DNA of 64,000 bases from an uncultured bacterium (lineage in GTDB: Bacteria > Omnitrophota > Omnitrophia > Omnitrophales > Aquincolibacteriaceae). Below the pieces are notes generated by a model. It was not told the DNA's origin. It saw only the letters and a program-made list of their open reading frames with translations, and searched no databases. Below, piece after piece: positions 1-9,200 of this stretch. The DNA is taken from the NCBI GenBank assembly GCA_964562525.1, contig CAZLTL010000002.1, forward strand, positions 82,468 to 146,467, given 5' to 3'. Numbering within the stretch: position 1 is the first letter of the stretch; the number at the start of each line of letters is the position of its first letter. Position numbers and translations under genes: made by a program.

Positions 1-1
1 C

Positions 2-2512
2 GTTACTTATTCGGATAGCTTTCAAAAACTAAAGCGGCTTCTGCCTTTCTTCCGCGCCTTAGGTTATGGGAAAATTTATTTGTACGGTGGGCTTTATGAA
101 ATGGGCGAAATTTCAAAGCGGCTTCACGGTGTCGCGGCTGATCCATCACGGTATGTGGTGGATGATGACGCATTTCCTCGTACGATGATTCGCGGCGGAT
201 ATGGCGTGAAAGCGGATGGTGTTTTAGCTGACAATAAAGGGAATAGCTTTTCACCTATCAGTATGCGTGATCTCAATCCCCGGCTTTCAGACGCTTATAC
301 GGAAGATAATTTTTCAAAAGGATCGCATGAAAAATCACGCGCGCAGCTAACGGAAGTAGCGGAGGCGGCGAAAGCGCAAGGAATGAAAGTGGTTGCGGAT
401 TTTATCCCGTGGCTCGCGCCGGAAGGTGTTACGGAAGACAATTATAAAATGTTTTTTTACAAAGAGCTTCCGGATGATTTTACGCAAGCGCGATTTAAAA
501 AATCGTTCCCCGATCTTTCTGAAGAACAAAAACAGGAAGCGATGCGCGAGCTGATCGCGAAGGGCGGGTTTTTTGTGAAGCGCTTCGGTGAACCCGGTTC
601 GGACCGGCTGGTTTTAATCCGTCATATGTATAACGAGCCCGGCGTGGATCAAGCCATGCCGAATCCTTTTCATCCGCTGACGCAGGAATATTATTTGAAT
701 ACTTTGAAGGACCGCTTAGCGGAAGGCGTTGAGGAAGTCCGTGTTGATTTAGCTCACAAGCTTCTGCGTCAAAATTTAAAACCCATTTTTGATGGGTGGC
801 TTGTTGACGGCTGGCAAGTGGGGCCGGGCGGAGAGTACCGTGAAAGTGAAGAGCCTTTTGAAACCGTTATCCGCCAAGCGAAAGCTTATGCGGCCGAAAA
901 AGGGCAAGTGATGGAGTTTGATATGGAGGCTTACGATGTGATTGGGCCGGAGCATGTTGCCGTCCACCGCCACTTGCAGTCGATCGGCGCGGACCGGGCG
1001 TATTTTGTACCCGTTCATCATGATTACCGCCGGCTTGCTAAGGGAGAAATCGACACCAATCATTTTCAGGGGCTTTTTGAACTTGTGCATAATCTTAAAA
1101 ATGGCAAGCTGTCCGGAAGAGATGTGACGCCTTTGCTGGAAATGATTTTTGCTTCAAATTATGACGAGCCCTCATTGAATCAAATGGGCGGACCTAAGCG
1201 TGCGATGTGGCTTTTACTTTTGTTAATGGCGAAATCCGGCGTTCCCGTGCTCATGGATTTTCGTGACATGCTCGATCATTTCGGTCAATTTATTCCTATT
1301 CCCGGATCAAGCCATCCGTTTCCGACTTTGAGTGAACGCGAAAGACGGCGTGATTTTAATGGGCTTATTTCTGAGCTTGAGCGCGCGCCCTCGATCCAAG
1401 AGGCTCGAGCGTTAAATGAGCTTGAAGCCTCTGAGAAACCGATCAACCTTGTTTTTTTAGATAACGAAAAACGGTATCAATTTATCAGCGCGGCATGGAA
1501 TAACCCCGGTCTTGAAGCGGGCGCATCTCCTGAGTGGAGGGTGGCGGTGATGAATTTTAAACCGCATGATGATCAAGTTATTTGGGTTGATTCTCCGGTG
1601 AAAGAAGGCGCGTGGGAGGCTGTGGATTCAACGACCGGAGAAATATTCCAAATAGAAAAAGGCAGGATTCGAGGCGTTGTCATGCCAAGTACATTGTCTT
1701 ATCGAACGCTTCGAATTGTTCCGGCCGCGAGGTCAGAAGTGAGAGCGGCTACAGCAGAAGATGGTTTTGTCGCGGCAGGTGAAGCGGCGCGAATGCTGTC
1801 TGTCAATCATTCCACGCATTTTGTTCCTGCGGCGATTGTGGCGGGGAATCAATCCGCGGCTGTTGGAGTTGATGTTGGCGCGCGTCAAAGAAATATGGAA
1901 AGCTTGATGCGTGCTTTAGAACAACGCGCACACGCACATTTTTCAAAATCCAAAAAAGAGCCGCTGCATCTTGGTTTTGCGATCGCGTATGATTCCGAAG
2001 CCGAAGCGGAAATGCTTTTATTTGCGGAAAAAATTCAAGAGCTGAAGCTTTTGTACGGTGACCGCGTTCAAAATCATTTCAAAGTGCTTTTGACGCCGGC
2101 GCAAGCTGCCGATGAAAGCATTAAAAAATTTACGGCCACTCTCAAGTTGAAGGGTGCGCTGGCTAAAGAAATTTCAACCGCGGTGACGGTTTCGAGCGAG
2201 CTCAAAGATCGGCATTTCTTCGCTTATGGTTTGGAAAATTTGGGAATCAGCTCCGAGGAGCTTTTTGCGGAAGTCAGACATTTGGCGGTTGATTCGGATT
2301 ATTCCATGCAGGATGTTTTTCCCGTCGCTTTGGCGCTTAATTTATATACCGCGTTTGAACCCAGGTTGGACGTGGGGCTGGTTGAAAAAATCCCTCAGCA
2401 CTTTCAGCATGTGCTTGGTTTGCGCAAGGGTCGGCTTTCTGTTTTGGCCGGATTTTTGGAAGCGCAGCTTTTCGAAGCTCAGGTTCAAAAACTTATCGCT
2501 TCCATGGCGTAA
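2..2512 (+). CDS. Large protein with divergent alpha-amylase-family (GH13-like) core motifs; 5' end probably lies outside the window
   Basis: ORF track gives 80..2512 (TTG start), but the same frame stays open back to nt 2 and reads protein-like (..LPFFRALGYGKIYLYGGLYEMGE..). Motifs KVVADFIPW, VRVDLAHKL and FVPVHHDY resemble GH13 regions I, II and IV; this is weak and needs an HMM search. Confidence 0.35.
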   Translation, partial: VTYSDSFQKLKRLLPFFRALGYGKIYLYGGLYEMGEISKRLHGVAADPSRYVVDDDAFPRTMIRGGYGVKADGVLADNKGNSFSPISMRDLNPRLSDAYTEDNFSKGSHEKSRAQLTEVAEAAKAQGMKVVADFIPWLAPEGVTEDNYKMFFYKELPDDFTQARFKKSFPDLSEEQKQEAMRELIAKGGFFVKRFGEPGSDRLVLIRHMYNEPGVDQAMPNPFHPLTQEYYLNTLKDRLAEGVEEVRVDLAHKLLRQNLKPIFDGWLVDGWQVGPGGEYRESEEPFETVIRQAKAYAAEKGQVMEFDMEAYDVIGPEHVAVHRHLQSIGADRAYFVPVHHDYRRLAKGEIDTNHFQGLFELVHNLKNGKLSGRDVTPLLEMIFASNYDEPSLNQMGGPKRAMWLLLLLMAKSGVPVLMDFRDMLDHFGQFIPIPGSSHPFPTLSERERRRDFNGLISELERAPSIQEARALNELEASEKPINLVFLDNEKRYQFISAAWNNPGLEAGASPEWRVAVMNFKPHDDQVIWVDSPVKEGAWEAVDSTTGEIFQIEKGRIRGVVMPSTLSYRTLRIVPAARSEVRAATAEDGFVAAGEAARMLSVNHSTHFVPAAIVAGNQSAAVGVDVGARQRNMESLMRALEQRAHAHFSKSKKEPLHLGFAIAYDSEAEAEMLLFAEKIQELKLLYGDRVQNHFKVLLTPAQAADESIKKFTATLKLKGALAKEISTAVTVSSELKDRHFFAYGLENLGISSEELFAEVRHLAVDSDYSMQDVFPVALALNLYTAFEPRLDVGLVEKIPQHFQHVLGLRKGRLSVLAGFLEAQLFEAQVQKLIASMA

Positions 2513-2577
2513 AGAGAATTTCCGGGCTTTCCCTCCATACCAAATCGGGGGTGGTCACTCCCAATGTGGCCTGGGTT

Positions 2578-2612
2578 GGTCTTTAGTCGGTAGTCTTTAG
2601 TCGGTAGTCTGT
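2578..2612. promoter_or_regulatory. Tandem heptamer array (GGTCTTT AGTCGGT AGTCTTT AGTCGGT AGTCTGT) ending 14 nt before the cysE ATG
   Basis: Five contiguous 7-nt units of consensus (T)AGTCTN read directly; the same unit type and the same 14-nt spacing to a start codon recur at 32431..32465. Confidence 0.4.
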
Positions 2613-2625
2613 GTTAAAATTCCGC

Positions 2626-3303
2626 ATGTCAAATTTCATCTATAAAGTTAAGGCTGATTTTCACGGCTGCATTGAACGTGACCCCGCGGCGCAAACACCA
2701 TTCGGCTGGCTCGAGGTTCTTTTACTTTGCCCGGGCTTTCACGCGGTTTTGCTTTACCGTATCGCGCATGTGATTCATTCCTGGGGCGTGCCTGTTTTAC
2801 CGCGTTTCCTTTCTCAGGTTGGCCGATTCTTAACCGGCGTTGAAATTCATTCCGGCGCAAAAATCGGCGCAGGGCTTTTTATTGACCATGGTATGGGTGT
2901 GGTTATCGGTGAGACTTCCGAAATCGGCGAGAATGTGACCTTGTATCAAGGCGTTACGCTCGGAGGCACCGGTAATGAGCGCGGTAAGCGCCATCCGACT
3001 TTGGGTGACCATGTGGTGGTGGGTGCGGGCGCTAAGGTTTTAGGCAATATTCGTATCGGAAATTCGGTGAAAATCGGAGCCGGTTCGGTTGTTGTTCATC
3101 CCGTGCCGGATAATTGCACCGTGGTGGGCGTTCCGGCGGAGATTGTCCGTAAAGAAGGCAAAAAAGTCGCCTGCATTGATCTGGAGCATGGTGACTTGCC
3201 CGATCCTGTGCGCGAACTTAAAAACCGCGTACGTGCCTTGCAAAAAGAAATCGAAACCCTGGAAGCCCATCTTAAAATTCAGTCGGAAAAGTCAGACACT
3301 TAG
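2626..3303 (+). CDS. cysE: Serine O-acetyltransferase (short type)
   Basis: DPAA motif; ..FLTGVEIHSGAKIGAGLFIDHGMGVVIGETSEIGENVTLYQGVTLGGTG..RHPTLGD.. hexapeptide-repeat left-handed beta-helix typical of CysE. The track start is GTG 2611; ATG 2626 sits 14 nt after a heptamer array. Confidence 0.85.
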   Translation: MSNFIYKVKADFHGCIERDPAAQTPFGWLEVLLLCPGFHAVLLYRIAHVIHSWGVPVLPRFLSQVGRFLTGVEIHSGAKIGAGLFIDHGMGVVIGETSEIGENVTLYQGVTLGGTGNERGKRHPTLGDHVVVGAGAKVLGNIRIGNSVKIGAGSVVVHPVPDNCTVVGVPAEIVRKEGKKVACIDLEHGDLPDPVRELKNRVRALQKEIETLEAHLKIQSEKSDT

Positions 3304-3427
3304 ACTTTCTTCACTTTATTATTTAGCTCCTCGAGCCGTAAATAAGGAGGCAGTTTGTTGCCGTGACGCCGATGTGCGCGGTAGTTTTAATTTAGCTCTC
3401 ATTTTATAAATGGTTTGCGGAGGATTT

Positions 3428-3913
3428 ATGGTAGTTAAGAGATTGGGTCAAAAGGGGTTTACGCTGGTTGAAATTTTAATTGTGATCGCGGTGCTCGGTC
3501 TTTTGGTGACGATTGCCTTGCCCGCACTTTTGCGTAACCGGATTATTGCCAATGAAGCCGCCGCAAAATCCAATTTACAAACTTTCGCGGGCGCGATGGA
3601 GTCTTACCGTTCCGCTCAAGCGGCCCCTGCTTATCCGACGGATATGGATGATTTAACAAGCGCGATTCCTCCTTATTTGGATACGACTTGGGGCACGGGA
3701 ACAACCTTGACCAAGAGCGGATATGATTTAACTTATGTGCGCACGGACGGCACGATTTACGCATTGATCGCGGAGCCCGATCAAGTGAATGTGACCGGCA
3801 ATAATTCTTTTTGCGTGGATGAAACCGGTTTGATTTGGACTTCCGCGACCGCTGCGGGTGCTTTTACTGCTTCGCCTTGTTCCGGCGGGACCGGCGCGGC
3901 GACCATCGCTTAA
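3428..3913 (+). CDS. Type IV pilin / type II secretion pseudopilin-like protein (prepilin N-terminal methylation motif)
   Basis: N-terminus ..GQKGFTLVEILIVIAVLGLLVTIALPAL.. is the class III prepilin signal (G|FTLVE followed by a hydrophobic helix). SD GCGGAGG precedes ATG 3428; the track start is 3410. Confidence 0.7.
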   Translation: MVVKRLGQKGFTLVEILIVIAVLGLLVTIALPALLRNRIIANEAAAKSNLQTFAGAMESYRSAQAAPAYPTDMDDLTSAIPPYLDTTWGTGTTLTKSGYDLTYVRTDGTIYALIAEPDQVNVTGNNSFCVDETGLIWTSATAAGAFTASPCSGGTGAATIA

Positions 3914-3920
3914 TTTTTGC

Positions 3921-4337
3921 ATGAGTTCAAAATACTTTTCCTATTCCGACGGCGGCGCCCGCGGCAACCCAGGCCCTGCCGCGATCGGCGTGCTCATTTG
4001 CGATGAAAAAGGCACGACTGTTTTCGAGCAAGGCGAGACCATTGGCGACAACACCAACAATGTCGCGGAATACCAAGCGGTGATTAAAGCGCTGCAAATC
4101 ATGGAAGGCTTGGGAGCGCATGAAATTGTGCACCACATGGACAGTGAGCTTGTGACTAAACAATTGCGCGGAGAATATCGCTTGAAGGCTGAGCATTTGC
4201 GCCCTTTTTTTCTTAAAGTCAAAGAGCTCGAGAAAAAATTCAAAAAAATTACTTATATCCACGTTCCGCGCGAACATCCGCAAATGCGAAGGGCGGATCG
4301 CCAAGTGAATCGCGCTCTGGACGAAGCTGGTTTTTAA
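3921..4337 (+). CDS. rnhA: Ribonuclease HI
   Basis: SDGGARGNPGPAAIGVLI.. plus ..NNVAEYQAVIKAL.. and an HxxD region, the classic RNase H type 1 signature. ATG is at 3921; the track ORF begins earlier at GTG 3858 and overlaps the pilin gene. Confidence 0.8.
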   Translation: MSSKYFSYSDGGARGNPGPAAIGVLICDEKGTTVFEQGETIGDNTNNVAEYQAVIKALQIMEGLGAHEIVHHMDSELVTKQLRGEYRLKAEHLRPFFLKVKELEKKFKKITYIHVPREHPQMRRADRQVNRALDEAGF

Positions 4338-4694
4338 ATGCAAATTTTCTGGATTGCCCTCATCGGAGTTTTTGGCGGAATTATGAGCGGTCTTTTGGGT
4401 GTCGGCGGCGGACTTATTTTTGTACCGCTGATGACTTTTTTACTGGGCTTCACCATTCATCAGGCCGTTGGAACTTCGCTTTTGATTATTATTCCGACTT
4501 CGATTGTCGGCGTTTGGGTGCACGCATCGCAGGGGCACGTGCAAATCAAGACCGCCCTTCTCATTGCCAGCTTTGCAATTTTAGGCGCCTGGTTGGGCTC
4601 ACATTTTTCAGGCAAAATTGACCCCATTCTTCTCAAACGTCTTTTCGCGGCCTTTTTAGTTTTGATCGCGCTTAAGCTTGTTTTTGGTAAGTAG
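4338..4694 (+). CDS. Half-size TauE/SafE (TSUP, DUF81) family membrane protein
   Basis: Gly-rich TM helices (GGIMSGLLGVGGGLIFVPLM) typical of TSUP. It has only 118 aa, one 4-TM repeat unit, and starts in the TAAATG overlap with the rnhA stop. Confidence 0.5.
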   Translation: MQIFWIALIGVFGGIMSGLLGVGGGLIFVPLMTFLLGFTIHQAVGTSLLIIIPTSIVGVWVHASQGHVQIKTALLIASFAILGAWLGSHFSGKIDPILLKRLFAAFLVLIALKLVFGK

Positions 4695-4722
4695 CTCAAC
4701 TTTGATCGCGTCCGATAATCTC

Positions 4723-4748
4723 TAGTTTTAGTCTTCTCTAAGTCTCTC
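4723..4748. promoter_or_regulatory. Degenerate heptamer array (TAGTTTT AGTCTTC TCTAAGT CTCTCC) upstream of ccsB
   Basis: Two or three AGTCT-type units about 78 nt upstream of ccsB ATG 4826. Confidence 0.25.
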
Positions 4749-4825
4749 CCGAAAGAGCTTCCAAGCCGCTGGGGCGGGACTTATAATACCTCCTCTTCCG
4801 AGCTTCAGAACAACGGGCTGAGATC

Positions 4826-6604
4826 ATGGCTATTAAATCATCCGAAAAAAAGGTGGGGCAGAGTCTTTTTTTAAACGGCGCTATTCCGCGCGCCGTGTTT
4901 CGCTTTTTTGCGTCACTTCAGTTGGCAATCGGCACACTTTCCGCGCTGATGATTATTTTGGCGGTAGGAACGATTATCGAATCTCGCTTTAATGCCGATG
5001 CTGCCCGTATTTTGGTTTATGACACACCTTGGCTGACGCTTATTTTAGTTATTCTTGTGCTGAATCTGGCTTGTTCTGCGGCAGATCGTTTGCCCTGGCA
5101 AAAAAAGCATATTGGTTTTGTTCTGACGCACTTGGGTATCATTATTATTCTTGCCGGATCGCTTGCGACTCAAAAAGCTGCGGTGGACGGACAAATGTCG
5201 ATGACCGAAGGCTCTTCGGGTAAATGGGTGACGCTCAGAGAGCCGATGATTTATGTTTACTCGCAAGCTTTCAAAGAAGAACGCATGCTTCCTATGAAGG
5301 AGCGCGCCTTACGCTGGAAAGGAAAAGAAAAAATCGCGCATTTTCAGTCGGAAGATAAAAAAGCCGAGATTTTACTGACTCAGTTTTATCCGAACGTAAA
5401 ATCCGAAGAAGTTTGGGTTCCGGCTGAAAAAGGTCCCGCCGCAATTCGTGTTTCATTGTGGAATAACTTTGTGAATGTTACCAAGTGGCTTGCGGATACT
5501 CCGGCGGCGCGCGAACTACCTTTGGGACCGGCAACACTGAAATGGGCGGATTCATTCATTGAGGCCGCCGCTTCTCCGCAAACGGCATCGATTGAAATCA
5601 AATCAGAAAACGGAAGCTGGGCCATTCCGCTTCCCGATAAAACCGCGCTTCCTTTTGAGCAAAGCCTCGCGGGCGGTGCTGCGGTTAAAATTTTATCGGT
5701 TTATCAATACGCTTATGTTGAAGAGAACACTTTGAAAGAAGGTTTGCCGCCGGCGCATGCCGATAATCCTGCCGCGGTGCTTGAAATTACGAAAGATGGA
5801 AAAACCGAAAAGCATACGGTTTTCGCGCAATTTCCTGATTTTCCGACAGTGCATGGTAAGCCCGACAGCGAGTTCGGATTTCAGGCTCGGTACGCAGATC
5901 CGCGATTTGTGCCCAGCGCGGAAAGACATGAACTGCGTTTTGTTTCTCAGCCGGACGGCGTTTATTATCAAGTTGCCAATAAGGATCAGCTGACTCAGGG
6001 CAAAGTGGTTGTCGGACAGGAAGTTCAAACCGGCTGGATGGATTTAAAATTTAAAATAGAAGAAGTGTTGCCTCAGGCTAAGGCCGATGTGCAAATTACT
6101 CCGCTCGATGATGATGACCCGAGTGAAGCGGCCGTTGCGGCAGTGAAGCTGGATATTCACGGTTCGCAAACTCAATCTTTTTGGATGACGGAAGGATTGC
6201 AAAAAAGTCTTATGGTGGAGGGCGGTTTGTTTGAAATGGTTTATGGTCGCCGTCAGCTTCCGCTTGGCTTTGAAGTGATGCTGAAAGACTTTCGCATTAA
6301 ATTTGATCCCGGCACCGAAAGACCCGCGGCTTATGAAAGCGATGTGGTCGTCAAAGACTTTACGCATGGAAAATCATTTGAACAAACTATTTCAATGAAT
6401 AAGCCTTTGGTTTATCGGGGGTTTCATATTTATCAGGCAGGCTATCAGCAGAATCCTGACGGCACGGAAGCTTCCGTTTTTGCTGTCGCGCGCGACCCCG
6501 GCATTCCGATGAAATACGCCGGCGCGGCGATTATGGTTTTTGGAATTTTATTGATGTTTTATACGCGCGCTTACTCATCGCGCAACGAAAAAGGACTCAA
6601 ATGA
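4826..6604 (+). CDS. ccsB: Cytochrome c biogenesis protein CcsB/ResB family
   Basis: N-terminal TM helices, a large soluble (periplasmic) domain and a C-terminal TM; sits directly upstream of ccsA with an overlap (ATGA at 6601). Confidence 0.7.
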   Translation: MAIKSSEKKVGQSLFLNGAIPRAVFRFFASLQLAIGTLSALMIILAVGTIIESRFNADAARILVYDTPWLTLILVILVLNLACSAADRLPWQKKHIGFVLTHLGIIIILAGSLATQKAAVDGQMSMTEGSSGKWVTLREPMIYVYSQAFKEERMLPMKERALRWKGKEKIAHFQSEDKKAEILLTQFYPNVKSEEVWVPAEKGPAAIRVSLWNNFVNVTKWLADTPAARELPLGPATLKWADSFIEAAASPQTASIEIKSENGSWAIPLPDKTALPFEQSLAGGAAVKILSVYQYAYVEENTLKEGLPPAHADNPAAVLEITKDGKTEKHTVFAQFPDFPTVHGKPDSEFGFQARYADPRFVPSAERHELRFVSQPDGVYYQVANKDQLTQGKVVVGQEVQTGWMDLKFKIEEVLPQAKADVQITPLDDDDPSEAAVAAVKLDIHGSQTQSFWMTEGLQKSLMVEGGLFEMVYGRRQLPLGFEVMLKDFRIKFDPGTERPAAYESDVVVKDFTHGKSFEQTISMNKPLVYRGFHIYQAGYQQNPDGTEASVFAVARDPGIPMKYAGAAIMVFGILLMFYTRAYSSRNEKGLK

Positions 6605-8316
6605 AGAACAGAACAAATCGGCTTTCGGCTTTATTGCTTTTGCTTTCTCCGCTGTTTTTTTTCGGATCTTTTTCATCTTCTGCGATTGCCGCGGAGACCG
6701 TGTGGACGGAAACTTTGGCAAAAATTCCGGTTCAGCAAGGCGGCAGAGTGAAGCCCTTTGAAACGTTTGCGCGTGAAACCATTCTTTATGTTACGGGCAA
6801 AACAGCTTGGGAGAAAAAACCAGCCGTTGAAACGGTTTGGGATTGGATGGCGGCCCCGCAAAAATGGTTCAGTCAGCCTTTGATTTATGTCGGCGCTCCA
6901 CAGATTCGCGATGAATTCGGCCTCAAGCTGATTCGTAAACGTGTTTCACCCGAAGTGGTATTGGGGGAAAAAAACTTCGCGCAAAAAGTGCAGGATGCCA
7001 TTCACCGTCGCGAAAAGAAAGAGGCTCTTTCGTTCAATGATAAAAAGCGCATTGAAATTTATGAGCGTGCGGTATTCATGAGTCAGCTGGGTTCAGGCGA
7101 ATTGCCCGGCTGGATTCCTGAAACCAATAATCCGCATGGCGCGTGGATGCGCTTCAGTGATTTTGTAGCTGAAGAACCGAAAGAGTGGATGAAGGCTTTA
7201 CCCCGGGAAGCGGTTGATAACTTTAAAAAGTCTGCCGAGCAATTTGCTGCTGCTTTTCATGAAGGCGAAAGCGCTTTAAGCGTTAAAAATAAAGCCGCCG
7301 AAGATTTCAAAACGGCTTTGAGTTTAATTTGGAGCGGGGCGGGCTTGGTGATTGACCAAGGGACATTGGATCGGGAAATTTTTTACAACCGTCTGCATGC
7401 ATTCGGCCGCGGGTCTAAGCTTTATTTGATGGCGGCGCTTTTCTTTTTTGTGGCTTTGGTTTCGAATCGCCGACGCAAACAAGAACGCGATTATCCGCTT
7501 TGGGTGGGATTGGGTATTTATGCCGGCGCGATCGCGCTCCATGTTTTGGGTTTCTATTTACGCTGTTCTATTTCGGGACGAGCGCCTGTGACCAACATGT
7601 ATGAATCGATTGTCTGGGTATCGTTAGCCGCCGCGTTGTTTGCCGTCCCGATCTTTTTTTATTTGAAAAATGTCGCGGTGATGATCATGGCTTCTTGTGT
7701 CGCGGCATTAGGATTACTTGTTGCCGAATCTTTTCCTGCGGTGTTGGATCCTGCGCTATCTCCGCTTGTTCCGGTTTTACGCAGCAACTTATGGCTGACC
7801 GTGCATGTCTTAACCATCACGATGAGTTATGGTGCTTTCGCGCTGGCTTGGGCTTTGGGACATATTGTTGTTTTTGGTTATGTCTTCCGCAAGCAGACGG
7901 AAAGCTTGGCTTCGCTCGCAAACGCGGTTTATCGCGCGATTCAAATCGGCGTGGTGCTTCTCGCGGCGGGAACGGTGCTCGGCGGAGTTTGGGCGAATTA
8001 TTCCTGGGGCCGTTTTTGGGGCTGGGATCCGAAAGAAACCTGGGCGTTGATTGCCCTGCTTGGATACTTGATTGTTTTGCATGGCCGTTTTATCGGATGG
8101 TTTGGATCTTTCGGAATTGCCATGGGTGCGGTGCTCGCGTTTATGGGCGTTGTGATGGCATGGTATGGTGTTAATTTCGTGTTAGCTGCGGGATTGCATA
8201 GTTATGGTTTCGGCGGCGGGGGATATTCTTCGGTGTCCACGGTTGTTCTTTTGGATTTGGCTTTGATGGCCGCCGCTGCGTGGTTTTACCGGCAAAAGCA
8301 AAGAGGAAGCAAATGA
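6601..8316 (+). CDS. ccsA: Cytochrome c-type biogenesis protein CcsA (heme exporter / cytochrome c synthase subunit) with long N-terminal extension
   Basis: Trp-rich WWD signature ..WANYSWGRFWGWDPKETWALIALLGY.., multiple TM helices and a conserved His. Confidence 0.8.
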   Translation: MKNRTNRLSALLLLLSPLFFFGSFSSSAIAAETVWTETLAKIPVQQGGRVKPFETFARETILYVTGKTAWEKKPAVETVWDWMAAPQKWFSQPLIYVGAPQIRDEFGLKLIRKRVSPEVVLGEKNFAQKVQDAIHRREKKEALSFNDKKRIEIYERAVFMSQLGSGELPGWIPETNNPHGAWMRFSDFVAEEPKEWMKALPREAVDNFKKSAEQFAAAFHEGESALSVKNKAAEDFKTALSLIWSGAGLVIDQGTLDREIFYNRLHAFGRGSKLYLMAALFFFVALVSNRRRKQERDYPLWVGLGIYAGAIALHVLGFYLRCSISGRAPVTNMYESIVWVSLAAALFAVPIFFYLKNVAVMIMASCVAALGLLVAESFPAVLDPALSPLVPVLRSNLWLTVHVLTITMSYGAFALAWALGHIVVFGYVFRKQTESLASLANAVYRAIQIGVVLLAAGTVLGGVWANYSWGRFWGWDPKETWALIALLGYLIVLHGRFIGWFGSFGIAMGAVLAFMGVVMAWYGVNFVLAAGLHSYGFGGGGYSSVSTVVLLDLALMAAAAWFYRQKQRGSK

Positions 8317-9194
8317 AGAACTTATACCGATTCAGTCTTTTTACCGCTTTTTCAGGCGCGGTTTTGATTGTTGCCGGCGGGCTGGTTAAAAGCCATGAAG
8401 CCGGTTTGTCCGTGCCGGATTGGCCGCTTTCTTACGGTGAATGGATGCCGCCGATGGTCGGTAAAATTTTTTGGGAACACGGACATCGCATGATCGCGAC
8501 CTTTGTCGGATTTTTGACTTTGATCGGAACATTTTGGACGCATTTCACCAAAGGCGCGTCTTCTTCTTTAAAAAGCTTTTCCCGAGTTTTGGTTTGGCTT
8601 GTGATTTTGCAGGGGGTTTTTGGCGGAGCGACCGTGCTTTTGAATTTACCCCCGATGGTATCGATTATTCACGGTGTTTTAGGGCAGGTGTTTTTCTCAG
8701 CTCTTTGTCTTTTTGCTTACGCGGTGAAGCGCGAAAGCGAGCCGCTTCAGTTGACGCTTTCAGATGAAACAAAAACCCGCCTCGAAAAGGCTTTTCGTTT
8801 AGCGCGGGTCACTTTATTTATTTTTCTTTTTCAGCTTTTGCTGGGCGCGGCAACGCGGCATCTTCGGCATTTACACATCGCGTTAACACATACCGTTTTT
8901 GCGTTAGTGGTCGTAGCGCATGTTATTTTGGTTTACCTCCGAGTTTCACATTTAGAACTGAAAGACAAAGGCTTGTCACAAACCGCGCACTTCTTACTTG
9001 CCGCGGTTATGCTGCAAGTTGTGCTGGGCGCGGGTAGTTTGGGGTTTACCCAGCTGATGGCTCGTTTGCAAGATCCGTCACAGGCGCAAATCGTGTTTAC
9101 GACGTTCCATCAAAGTTTGGGCGCGGGGCTTTTGGCTGCCATGGCGCTTTTAACCTTGATGCTTTCAAAACGGTTAAACGCAGCTACCCGCTGA
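8313..9194 (+). CDS. ctaA: Heme A synthase (COX15/CtaA family)
   Basis: ..VKSHEAGLSVPDWPLSYGEWMPP.. matches the CtaA/COX15 motif; polytopic membrane protein with conserved His. ATG 8313 overlaps the ccsA stop; the track start is 8280. Confidence 0.7.
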   Translation: MKNLYRFSLFTAFSGAVLIVAGGLVKSHEAGLSVPDWPLSYGEWMPPMVGKIFWEHGHRMIATFVGFLTLIGTFWTHFTKGASSSLKSFSRVLVWLVILQGVFGGATVLLNLPPMVSIIHGVLGQVFFSALCLFAYAVKRESEPLQLTLSDETKTRLEKAFRLARVTLFIFLFQLLLGAATRHLRHLHIALTHTVFALVVVAHVILVYLRVSHLELKDKGLSQTAHFLLAAVMLQVVLGAGSLGFTQLMARLQDPSQAQIVFTTFHQSLGAGLLAAMALLTLMLSKRLNAATR

Positions 9195-9200
9195 TTTTTT

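Noticed and set aside
3-254. 83-aa minus-strand ORF at the window start
   Set aside because: It is fully embedded in the probable 5' continuation of the large + strand gene; its composition is basic and low-complexity, typical of antisense frames.
2226-2600. 124-aa + strand ORF overlapping the 3' end of gene 1 in another frame
   Set aside because: It is an alternative frame of a confidently coding region, Trp/Arg-rich, and has no SD.
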